A stretch of 64,000 nucleotides of DNA from Selaginella moellendorffii (lineage: Eukaryota; Plantae; Lycopodiophyta), in contig NW_003314376.1 of the NCBI RefSeq assembly GCF_000143415.4, positions 404,156-468,155 on the forward strand, in the 5' to 3' direction. The position numbers and the translations under genes are program-made. Each line of letters starts with the position of its first letter. Positions within the stretch are counted from its first letter, which is position 1. This document shows positions 54,246 through 64,000 of this stretch, in pieces. Under the pieces are notes generated by a model that saw only the letters and a program-made list of their open reading frames with translations, ran no database searches and was not told the DNA's origin.

Positions 54246-56027
54246 ATGAGAAGGAGATGCGCGCTCTGCGCAAGGTCGGGCTGCCAGGTTAGTGCCGCAG
54301 TGGGCTTCCGCTTTGCCCAGATTCAAGGGATTTCCGCCCCTTCCCAGCACCAGGACGCTCTCACGATCTATCTCAGTGCTTTGCGAGGCTGTGGCGGAGC
54401 CAGGGATTTGGATTCTGGAAGGAAGATCCACGCTGATGCCGTGCAAGCCGGCGATGATTCCAACGTTTTCCTGGCGAACACTTTGATCAGCATGTATGGG
54501 AAATGCGGGAGTATGGCCGATGCTTACAGGGTGTTCCAAGGCATGGATCGTCCAGACGTGGTTTCCTGGTCGGCTCTGGTATTGGGTTTTGCCGAGAATG
54601 GCGAGGAAGAACAAGCGCTGGATCTTTTCTCGCAAATGGAGGAGTGGACGCCCAACTCTCAGACTTTTGTAGCTGCTGTCAAGGCGTGCTCGAATCTGGC
54701 ATTCAAAGAATCCGGCAAGCTTGTCACCAGGAGGCCTGTGAAGATCGAGTCGCTGAAAAGAGGCATGGAAGTCCATTCGCGAGCCGCGAGAAGGGGCTAC
54801 GTCCAAGACGATATCTTTGTAGCTGGAGCGCTGGTGGATTTCTACGCAAACTGTGGAAGCGTGCTGGATTCCAGGATGGTCTTGGATAGAACACGGTGTC
54901 ACAACGCGGTGCTGTGGAATGCATTGGTTCTCGGGCTGGCGGAGAACGGGGAAGCCGAGCTAGCTCTGGAAGTTTTCTCGGCAATGCCGGGCTCTCTGGT
55001 GAACGCTCGAAGTTTTGTTGCTGCGCTCAAAGCCATGAGTTCGATAGCTGCGAAGCAAGTTGGCAAGGAAAAGATGGCGTGCCTAGAGAAGAGTCGGGAA
55101 CTCCACGCTCGAGCAGCAAAGCTTGGCTACGAGTCGGACATTTATCTCGCAAACACTCTGGTGGATTTGTATGCCAAGTGTGGGAGCACGAGTGATGCTC
55201 GGGATGTTTTCGACAGGATGACGAGCCGGAGTGTGGTTTCTTGGGGGGCACTGGTTCTGGGATACGTCGAGACTGGCAACGCGACGCTGGCTCTCAAAAC
55301 GTTGTCACGCATGCAAGACGAGGGATTTACACCTTCGGCACTAGTTTTCGTGGCAGCGCTCAAGGCCTGCTGTGGAGTAACGTTGGAGCTCGGGAGAACG
55401 ATCCATGGAAGCATTTGCAAAGGCGGTCTCGAGCAGGACTCGCTCGTCACCACCTCACTCATCGACTTATACAGCAAGTGTGGAAGCATGGACGACGCTC
55501 AGCGAGTTTTTGACGGCATCGCGGAGAGAGACTTGGTTTGCTGGAACGCTCTCTCGACGGGATATAGCCGCCAGGGATTCACCACCCAGGTTTTCGAGCT
55601 CTTTTCTCAGATGCTGGAAGAAGGCTTGCAACCAAACTCCGTGACTTTCCTCGCTGTTCTTACGGCTTGCAACCATGGTGGGCTCGTCAGCAAAGGAAGG
55701 AGATACTTTGACACCATGTCGAGCTCCAGGTTTGGGATTTCTCCCGGGATTGAGCATTACCACTCCGTGATCGATATTCTGGGCCGAGCAAACCTGCTGG
55801 AAGAGGCAGTGGCGATGGTGACGTGCATGCCTCACAAGCCCAATGCAGTAACTTGGAGAACAGTGATGAGCGCGTGTCACAAGTGGAAGAACGAGGCAGT
55901 GGCAAGGCTTGCGTTTGATGCCATCGTGGAGATAGACGAGAGCGACGCTGCAAGCTACATGCTGATGGCCAATTCGCTCTATGAAAATCGTGACAAAGTT
56001 CCACTAGAACGGAGAACCGTGAGTTAG
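54246..56027 (+). CDS. PLS-class PPR protein with E domain
   Basis: ISMYGKCGSMADAYRVF; VDLYAKCGS; PNSVTFLAVLTACNHGGLV..HYHSVIDILGRA..PNAVTWRTVMSAC. Confidence 0.93.
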   Translation: MRRRCALCARSGCQVSAAVGFRFAQIQGISAPSQHQDALTIYLSALRGCGGARDLDSGRKIHADAVQAGDDSNVFLANTLISMYGKCGSMADAYRVFQGMDRPDVVSWSALVLGFAENGEEEQALDLFSQMEEWTPNSQTFVAAVKACSNLAFKESGKLVTRRPVKIESLKRGMEVHSRAARRGYVQDDIFVAGALVDFYANCGSVLDSRMVLDRTRCHNAVLWNALVLGLAENGEAELALEVFSAMPGSLVNARSFVAALKAMSSIAAKQVGKEKMACLEKSRELHARAAKLGYESDIYLANTLVDLYAKCGSTSDARDVFDRMTSRSVVSWGALVLGYVETGNATLALKTLSRMQDEGFTPSALVFVAALKACCGVTLELGRTIHGSICKGGLEQDSLVTTSLIDLYSKCGSMDDAQRVFDGIAERDLVCWNALSTGYSRQGFTTQVFELFSQMLEEGLQPNSVTFLAVLTACNHGGLVSKGRRYFDTMSSSRFGISPGIEHYHSVIDILGRANLLEEAVAMVTCMPHKPNAVTWRTVMSACHKWKNEAVARLAFDAIVEIDESDAASYMLMANSLYENRDKVPLERRTVS

Positions 56028-56694
56028 CAGCTTACCGGGGATGGATCATTCATTCGTTTGGATTTGGATGATGGTTTCCAGGTAAGTTTTTCCTCGTTAG
56101 AGTTTGCATCTTGTTTCTGCTCACGCTTTTAAACATTCTTTATTGTTTTTCAGGCGATCATGAAAGACGTGTAGCAATTTCGCTGGCGCGCCGGACAGGA
56201 TATTTTGGAAAGACGCAGTCAACAAGCACAAAGACATGGTACGATAATGGTTTCAAATCGTCCTTTTTATCTGAGGTGCGCACTGCTCGATCAGACATGG
56301 GTCCCGAATGGAAGATCTGGTGCTCATACACGCAGTCACAAAAATTGGCTCCAGCGGCGTGTGCTTAGAAATTCCGAGAAGGAGAGGGACCCGTCCGGCA
56401 AGAAAATTCTTCTGGAAAGATCAAGGCATGGATTTTGGTGGGATTTTCGCTTTTCATCAGCAGCGGCCGTGGACTTGAAGGAAGATCTTCCACCAGCGGA
56501 AAAGAAGGAAAGGAGAAAAATCAACCAATCAATCATCCTGGTGGGTATTTAGCCGAGGAGGTGCGGTGATCGGTGCTCTAAGACAGCCGTAGTCTTGAGA
56601 AGCAAGTACACAGGACTGAGGAGAAGAGGACTCTCCTTTTTTATCTTCCGGAAGGAGAAGTAGCTCTTCTTCTTCCTCGTATGGACACAGGGAT

Positions 56695-57483
56695 ATGGGA
56701 TCTGCGGTGATGGTTTCTTCGTGGCTGATTTTTCTGGTTCTAGCTGCTACTTATCACAGCCATGGTGAGTTCCAGCACCTTGGAGGCGACGAGAAACCAC
56801 ACGTCAAGTTTGATGGATCTCCGGTGGCTCCCGAGCTCGATGATTCTTCGTCCAAGAGATCAAATGCAACTAGTCTGGCTTCCAGGGGCAGTGGTGGCGT
56901 CAATGTGCTAGCAGCTATGCTCGTCACGGCTTCCTCGGTCATGGTTTTTATGGCGTTTCGTCTCTCGGTATGCCGCCACTGCACTGGCTCGTCGCCAAAC
57001 TCGAACGATCAGCTGGACAACGCTTTTGAGACTTCGGTAGAGGATGGCCAGGAGGCTGTGGAGACAATGACGACGGATCTACGCGAAGGAAGTGATCGTC
57101 GTCTCAAGAAAGAAGATCTCGGTTTGGGACTCGACTCGATCGAGAAGTTTACAGTGCTGATGGACTACCAAAAGTTGATGGCGGAGAGGAAGATGGGCAA
57201 TGCGGACAAGTGTAGCGTCTGCTTGTGCGAGTTTAAAGCCATCACCGGCGAGGAGGTCCGACTTCTTCCTTGGTGCAACCATTTCTTCCATCCCGACTGC
57301 ATCGACCTTTGGCTCGTCTCGCACAAGTCGTGTCCGGTTTGTCGGGGGAGTGTGATCCCGCCTGGCAGCAGTTCCACTGGGACGATTCCTTCCAGGAACT
57401 TTGGAGTGGAACCGGAATCTCCGACGCTCGAAAATGGTGGTGGACAACACTTGGTGCTTCAAGTTGACAGAAATGTGGCTTGA
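56695..57483 (+). CDS. ATL-family RING-H2 E3 ubiquitin ligase
   Basis: Signal peptide, transmembrane helix, GLD motif, [32 protein letters not shown]; intronless. Confidence 0.93.
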   Translation: MGSAVMVSSWLIFLVLAATYHSHGEFQHLGGDEKPHVKFDGSPVAPELDDSSSKRSNATSLASRGSGGVNVLAAMLVTASSVMVFMAFRLSVCRHCTGSSPNSNDQLDNAFETSVEDGQEAVETMTTDLREGSDRRLKKEDLGLGLDSIEKFTVLMDYQKLMAERKMGNADKCSVCLCEFKAITGEEVRLLPWCNHFFHPDCIDLWLVSHKSCPVCRGSVIPPGSSSTGTIPSRNFGVEPESPTLENGGGQHLVLQVDRNVA

Positions 57484-57935
57484 TTTCAAGTCGACATGTG
57501 GTTGCTGCCACGGAACAAAGAGGTAAAATGAATATTTCGTGCCTGGAATCTTGACTGACGTTTTTTTTCTCTTCTTTGTTTCTTATCGTCTTTGTTCCTT
57601 GGCATGGCAGCTCCCAGTTGTCTTAAAAAGTCCGCATTCCACTCGCGACTCGAGGTATGCTAACAGGTGTACTCTTTCTACTTGTGAAGCAACGCTAAAA
57701 ATTGCGTTTGCCTCTTCCTTTTTGTAGTGGAGAACCTCGGAAGCTATGATTTCCGATGACTGTTCCAAGAAGAATATGAGTTCCATATCCTCCACTATGA
57801 AGCAAATGGAGTACACAAGGATTAGCATAACGGGCACGCCCTATACTTTCGTCGCTTAAAAGCTTGAGGTTCGAGGAGAGTGCCAAAGTGATGAATCTAT
57901 GAAGAAAGAGGCTAATTGAGCAGCAACCCACACCA

Positions 57936-59028
57936 ATGGCGGCGACCAAATTGTGGCTTCCAGCTCCAGCTCCAGCTTTCGGATTCTTCTACTCATCACT
58001 GGTACGTTTTCGTCTTTCTTCTTTGCTGGCAAGGGATGGAGTGGACTTTTTCTGTTTCATCTTTTTCTACTCTTTTCACTGTGTGTTTTAGCGACAGAGA
58101 AGAAATGTCTTCATCATGCGAGCAGCCGATGGGAAGGTTCGAAATGCAAAGCTTGCTGCGAAGCGGTGTTTGACGGTCCCGTTTCAAGATTCGTCCAGGC
58201 TCAATCAGTTTCTCTCGGAGCCCGCTGGAATGCAAATACTCATCAACACTAATGCTCTACAAAGCTATCAGAAACTCGACGACACCACCTACAGGTTTGC
58301 TATCCATATTCATGAATAGCTCTCAAGTTGTTTTTGTTCTTTTTCTTTTCTCGATCAGATGCTGCTTGCCAAAGCTCGACATTCTCAAGTTCGAGGTTGC
58401 TCCGATCGTGGATTTGTCCATCGACGTTAAGGACGACGAGTGCTTGGTTAAGCTTCTCTCTTGCAAAGTTGAGGCCAAAGTTTTTTTTCTTTTTTCTTTT
58501 CGTTTCTCTTCGCAAGTTTGGGCCTGACATTTGTGAATTTGTTTTGTCTAGTTTGAAGGCTCGGAGCTTGTTGAGAAGCAGAACCAGCATTTCTCAGGTT
58601 TGTATGCGTAGCTACTAGCTCCTATGGACTGAAGGAAAGTTTGTCTTTATGTGTGGGTTTTTGCAGCTTCGATGATCAACCATTTAACTTGGGGCTTGGA
58701 AAAGCAGCTAAATGTCAACGTAGAGCTTAATGTGTCTCTCGAGGTGCGCTTGATGATATTCTCCATTGATCTAACTCTCTGTGTTTCTTTCAGGTGTATA
58801 CGCTGCCCTTCACGCTTCTTCCATTGCAAGCCGTGGAAACTCCCGGTAGCATGTAAACTATCCTCTTCTCATGCAAAGATTTCAGACTAAATCTACGTGT
58901 TTGTGATTTTTTCCAGAGTTCTTCAGGCTATGGTGGACAGACTTGTTCCCATTTTCCTGGACCAACTTTTCGATGGTTACAGGAAATGGTGCTTGCAAGA
59001 GGTTCTCCAGCCCAAGCCAAGGCAATAA
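57936..59028 (+). CDS. DUF1997 (SRPBCC/START-like) family protein, probably plastid-targeted, multi-exon
   Basis: Spliced exons read FLSEPAG..NTNALQSYQKLDDTTYR|CCLPKL..FEVAPIVDL..LLSCK|FEGSELVEKQNQHFS|ASMINHLTW..LNVSLE|VYTLPFTLLP..VETPG|..LQAMVDRLVPIFL..YRKW. Confidence 0.82.
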
Positions 59029-59189
59029 CAAAGAAAGAATCGTTCCACCAAAACAAAAGAAAAATAAAAGGTGATGCTCTTTGGCGAATGTAGTGATATT
59101 CCATTGAGCTCTGCATTTCTCGGGAATCATGTCTTAGATCTGGAGAGAGCAGTGGTGCGAATCTCCAGCCAGGAGAGCTACCCAATTGC

Positions 59190-59640
59190 GTCCGATTACG
59201 CCCCTCTCCTCGACGAGGCCAGGTCCGTTTTCGACAAGACGGAGAGGAATCTCTTCTCGTCTCGCGCTTGCGGTGTACAGGGAGATGCTCCCCAGATCCA
59301 TCCAGCCGATCGACAGCACCACGTCTGCTCGGCGCTGGGCGGATCACCATGTACTCCATCTCTGGTCAGAAGCTCAAGAGTGCTTTCTTTGCGGGTTGCA
59401 AGCGTTACAACATCGGTGGAACTAAAGAGCGAGAGTGCTTGCTTGCTATGCCCGTGCTGGGCATAAAAGAGATCATACGACGACGACGATATCTTTTCGG
59501 CGTGCAGCCACTTGGGACACATGAAGCACACTTCCTGTCGAGTGTGCACAACTTTGGCCAGCGGCCAACTTTGTGGTGATCTCCGATATGGGTGCCCTGG
59601 AGGCCCCGTGGAGGACGCTGCTTTAGTGCGTGCCCGAATC
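59190..59640 (+). pseudogene. degenerate PPR gene fragment
   Basis: LLDEARSVFDK, YREML..IQP.DSTT and E-domain-like residue in shifting frames. Confidence 0.5.
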
Positions 59641-62629
59641 CCAGCAATCCCCAAAAAGAGCCGCGGATCGCATCAGCCCCAGCATTGGTTTTTCTCTCCA
59701 GCATCTTCTCGTACAGGGACTAGTGCAAGACCAAACTCGCAAACTTATAGTCATCAAAGTAAGCAGGGAAATATGCCTGGGTCTGCAATTCATTCGCAAG
59801 GGAGCTGATCTTGTTGCTTTCATGGGCCCAGACGTAACGTTCGAAAGTTATAGGTCTCATGCGGTGTGCGAGATCTATAACACCATAGATCGCACACCGG
59901 GGACGTGAGATTTTCATAACACTATAGAATCTTGCAAATCAGCATGGTGTATAAGCATCCCTTGTCTGGCTTTGAATGCGAGGCACCAGAGCAAGGGAAT
60001 GCCTAGCAGCGAATGGAAATTAGAGCATTTGTAGCTGGGTATAAAGCTGGATTGGGCATCAATCGATCTACCTCAAATCATTAGCACTTGCTAATGCAGC
60101 CCTCGTTACTCTGATTGTTGGTGTATTTCAGAGATGGAGGCAGTATCTGTACACTTGGAGTTAGACAATTGGGAAGTACTGGTCTTTCTGGACTCCAAGA
60201 GAGATATATGAGCCTTTTTATCCATTCTAAGGACTAGGTGTGAGCAAGAAATTCCAAAAGCACTGAAGCTACTCACGGATGAAATATTTCTCAAAGAGCC
60301 ATGTACAAGATGAATAAGCAAGAATAGGAAACATGCCAATTCCAGGGTTCTGCTCTTAATGTCAGGAAATGGACTATGCAACATTTAAATTACAAACTTA
60401 ACATACCTGGTGATCATTTAGTTCAGAAAAAACTCTCTCAATTGAAAATATATGCAGTCTATCTGGCAGTGTATATTCTTAGAATATTCATTATTTTCTG
60501 AGGAAAAATTTCAATAGTGCATTAAAAAAATATATATTATTGGCCCAACCCTAATTTTGATCAATAATCCAAAAATTATTGAATTCAAAATAGTGCTGTT
60601 TTCTTGGCAAACACTATATATGGTAACAATTTTTCAAAGGTCCTAAACACAATTTGAAAGTGCCCTAGTGCTGAAAAACACCATTTGGTAATGAAAAGCA
60701 ATCAACTTATACACCATTTACAAGCACAATTAAGAGAAGATTCCCTATGGGGTAATTAATCATTCATCTGTACCACAATTCTATTGTGGATTGTAGGCAT
60801 TTATGGATGAAGAATGCACTTATGGATGTTTAATAAGTATGATTTTAATTTAGATTCATACCATTTGCTCTAATACTATATGTTAATACATTATATCTTT
60901 CTCCTATTACGCCAATTGAAAAAGGGGTCATTATTTGATGAAAAAGCTCTTAATGGCTATTTTATCATAATATATTCCTTAAGGTTGTAAAACTTATAAT
61001 GAGATTATATTTAAATCTCATTTCATAATCATATATGCTACAATTTGCTTATAGTGATTTTCATATTTTTGTGGCAAGAAGCATTATAAATCTCAGTTTA
61101 TAATATCATGACCAACTTTGGAGAGACTTAGTGTTTAAGCTTGAATAACTCATTTGATTAAATTACATGATCTAATTGGAGCTTAATAGCATATCCTCCA
61201 AAAGTATAAATGATAATAATTGAGAATGCTAACATGGTAAATGTTCCTTTAAATAAGGGATTTCCATAAAGGTTTTAGCATAGACTCTATAAACATCATA
61301 ATCATGCAAAATGAGCAGTATATTACAATGCGATAAAATATGTGGTGTGTATGAGAGAACTCTACCATGGAAGGTTGCTTGACTTAGTTCTGATTTGCAA
61401 CATCGAGGCCCACGTGGGAAAAAGGAATGGATGATGTGGGGAGACAGTATGAACTAAAAAGAATTCCTAAGTATAAAAGCCTCTCTATGATATTGCTATG
61501 ATCCCTCATTGTCCTCGTGGCTCTGGCACACCACCTTCTGTAGGATCTCCAGCTCCTAGTAGAGGTTGCTAGTGCTGGCAAATAGTACTCCATCTGCTTC
61601 AGCCTTGCTACCAGCTTGAGCATGCCTCACTGCACAGCCAGATCATCTCCTCGTTGCTCAGGGATAAAGATCTTTGCCTTGGTCACCACTACCGCGCTGC
61701 TTTTGATTTTTTATGCTATTGAGGCTACTTCCCAATCCTATCCCAAACAGCAATATAGTGATGATGCCTTGAATCATCCTCATTTTAGGCACACAGCTAG
61801 GGCTTTGCATTGAGCAGACAAAGAACATGTTTTCATACTTACAGATTTCTTTGGCTTGGCCATGCTGTTCATCAATTCCTTTTTGCCACATGAGCCTCTA
61901 TGTTGCAAATCAGAACGAGTTTTAACATGAGGCATTATTGTGCTTGGTTGAGCACTCCATCTGCACAAGTATTAATAGGAGTAATGTGTTCCTGCTCCCT
62001 TTTCTGGTTTGTCCTTGGATATCCATAAGTATGAAATGGATTTGGATTTAGCTCTCTCGTGCAGCCTGCACATATTCCTAACTGAGCTCTTCTGAGTTTC
62101 ATACATGCCACACATCTTTGTTTTGCCTTAAGGCTCACATATCTCAGTGGCCACACCAGCTTGACCATCTGGAGGGAATGACAAATTTTGATTTAACAAT
62201 TAACTGTTGTGAAAGCAAGAGTTATCCAGAAAGACAATTACTTCTTAGTTCTCTAACTCCATCTGTATGGGTGCTGGAAGTGCCCTCTAAGGCTGCATTA
62301 GCAACTGCATTAATGGTTTGAGCTAGATCAATGATCATCACTCCTTCCTGCTTGTAAAGATTCATGAAGTAATTTCTTCTTCTTACTCTGACAGACGGTT
62401 TAGGAGCAGACAATGTTGGATATGCATTGGTTTGATATAGATCACTGTCCACCACCTTAAAATACTGATGAACAAATTTGTGATTTGGTGAAGCAAACAA
62501 AATCTCCCTGAAGCAAAGCTGCCTGCCTCACCCACATGGAAGCCAAATTCAGCTTTATACTCTGCTGTAAATGCTTTATTTCCACTTGCCCCTAGGTATT
62601 CCCTTCCCCTGACGCATTGCATTCAAAGC

Positions 62630-62880
62630 CAGAGGAGACAGAAAGGATATGTGATTTCATACCACAAAGAGACATTGTTTCCTGGGAAGCTTGATGGTTA
62701 TATACACCATAGAAATTTGTATAAAGCCCAAGAACTTGAAGATTTTATGCAGACAGAATTTCTACACATGTGTGGACTTCAATGCCTGTAGCATATGCGG
62801 CATCTGGAGTTTTTGCTCGCACACCAGTCTCTTAGGACACAAGACCTTATGACCACCATAACTTTCAAAAATTATGTCTG
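62630..62880 (+). pseudogene. degenerate PPR fragment
   Basis: ERICDFIPQRDIVSW and WTSMPVAYAASG on the plus strand, with stops. Confidence 0.5.
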
Positions 62881-64000
62881 GACCCATGAACTCTCTTGAA
62901 TTCATGCAGTGCACTAAATCCATCATGCGAGGTTATTGTGCTTGGTTGAGTTTAACAACCAAAGCCACAAGCCTGTGAGAACTTGTATTGCTCCTCTCTC
63001 CAATTAGTTCTCTCCTCTACTCTGTTTTTTGGTGAAGTGGCTTTTGATTTGTCTTTGGGACATGGGGCTATGCAATTTAAGGGTTCTTTTATCCAGTTTT
63101 ATGGCAATCTCCATGGCAGTGACAGATCTTTGAGTCAAGATGACAATTAACTTCTGTGTGGACAATGTGAATTTATCCAGAAAGACACTGGAAGTTGTAT
63201 AACTCCACGTGCTGGTAGTACTAGCAGAATCTGAAATCCTATTGGTCAGGCTGTTTAATTGTCGATTTAATCTCACAGGCGGTCGTCGCGGACGGCTCTG
63301 AAACTAGTGATCAGAGCGAGCCAGGAAGAAAGTATCCCCTGGTTCGTCATCAGTATAGGAAGCAAAAGAAATCTGTTCCCTTAGTTAGCTACTGCTCCTG
63401 TACTTGTACTGCTCGATCATGCCTCGCGTCAATCCTGTTAGATCGTCCAGGGTAGCACCTGCATGCATCTGGCATTGACGCGCCGCCGCAACCCAATCGC
63501 CGCCGCCCGTCGGCCCATATGCATCGCATCAAGTCGAATGAGTTGCTGGAGGTACTTGCAAAGGGATTCCGGATTGATCCAGATTCTTTGATCTGCGACG
63601 CGCCCACGGCCCCGGATCAATCGCACTATCAAGAACGTGCGACGCGGGCCTTCGGCACGCAAGGGCAAATCTTCAGCTTCTCCATGGACGGCACCCAAGC
63701 TGATCCCGCGCCCATGGATTGAGTTGACCATCCAGAGCTACCCGCAGCAGCTGATGATCCGGCCGCATTGACATTGCCCCCGATAGCTTCAGCAGCGTCG
63801 TGGGCGCTAAGAACAAAGCGACGTCGTCTGGCACCGCCATCACCAGCGATGGCAGCGCAAAGCCCTGAATTTACAGATGCGTCTTCACCATCGGCTTGTA
63901 TCCAAGAATCAAGATGAGGAACCGAGGAGCTCGGGCTCTTCAAGCGATGGTGAGCGATGGTGATCATCCAATGATCGCCGTGGAGACCACTCGGTCTAAG

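Noticed and set aside
57583-57837. 84-aa minus-strand ORF between ATL and DUF1997
   Set aside because: No recognisable motif, and short; not supportable as a gene.

Overview
This is eukaryotic land-plant nuclear DNA. Compact GC-rich gene islands with short GT-AG introns alternate with AT-rich, transposon-rich islands. The many intronless PLS-class PPR genes, tiny introns and very short intergenic spacers suggest a Selaginella-like lycophyte (inference only). Intact-looking genes: a Moco-sulfurase-like PLP protein, five PLS-PPR genes (one with a complete DYW deaminase), a HOTHEAD-like GMC oxidoreductase, an organellar prolyl-tRNA synthetase, an S-protein homologue (SPH), an intronless GDSL lipase, NDC80, an ATL RING-H2 ligase and a DUF1997 protein. 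Also present: a frameshifted secreted bulb-lectin fusion gene, several PPR pseudogene fragments, a decayed MULE-type transposase, and a nested LTR-retrotransposon complex (about 29.9-41.2 kb) containing a solo LTR with target-site duplication and an LTR fold-back. The most unexpected signals are: (i) a 5S rRNA-derived Pol III internal promoter in a duplicated unit that leads into an LTR-like end plus PBS (Cassandra-like); (ii) a head-to-tail PPR-DYW / PPR / ProRS trio with spacers of only about 195 and 59 bp; (iii) AT-rich secreted-protein genes (novel domain + bulb lectin; SPH) inside the TE islands; (iv) one LTR family that flanks both copia-type and gypsy-type internal sequence. Three assembly gaps (N runs) limit interpretation. 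All family calls come from reading motifs by eye; no searches were run.
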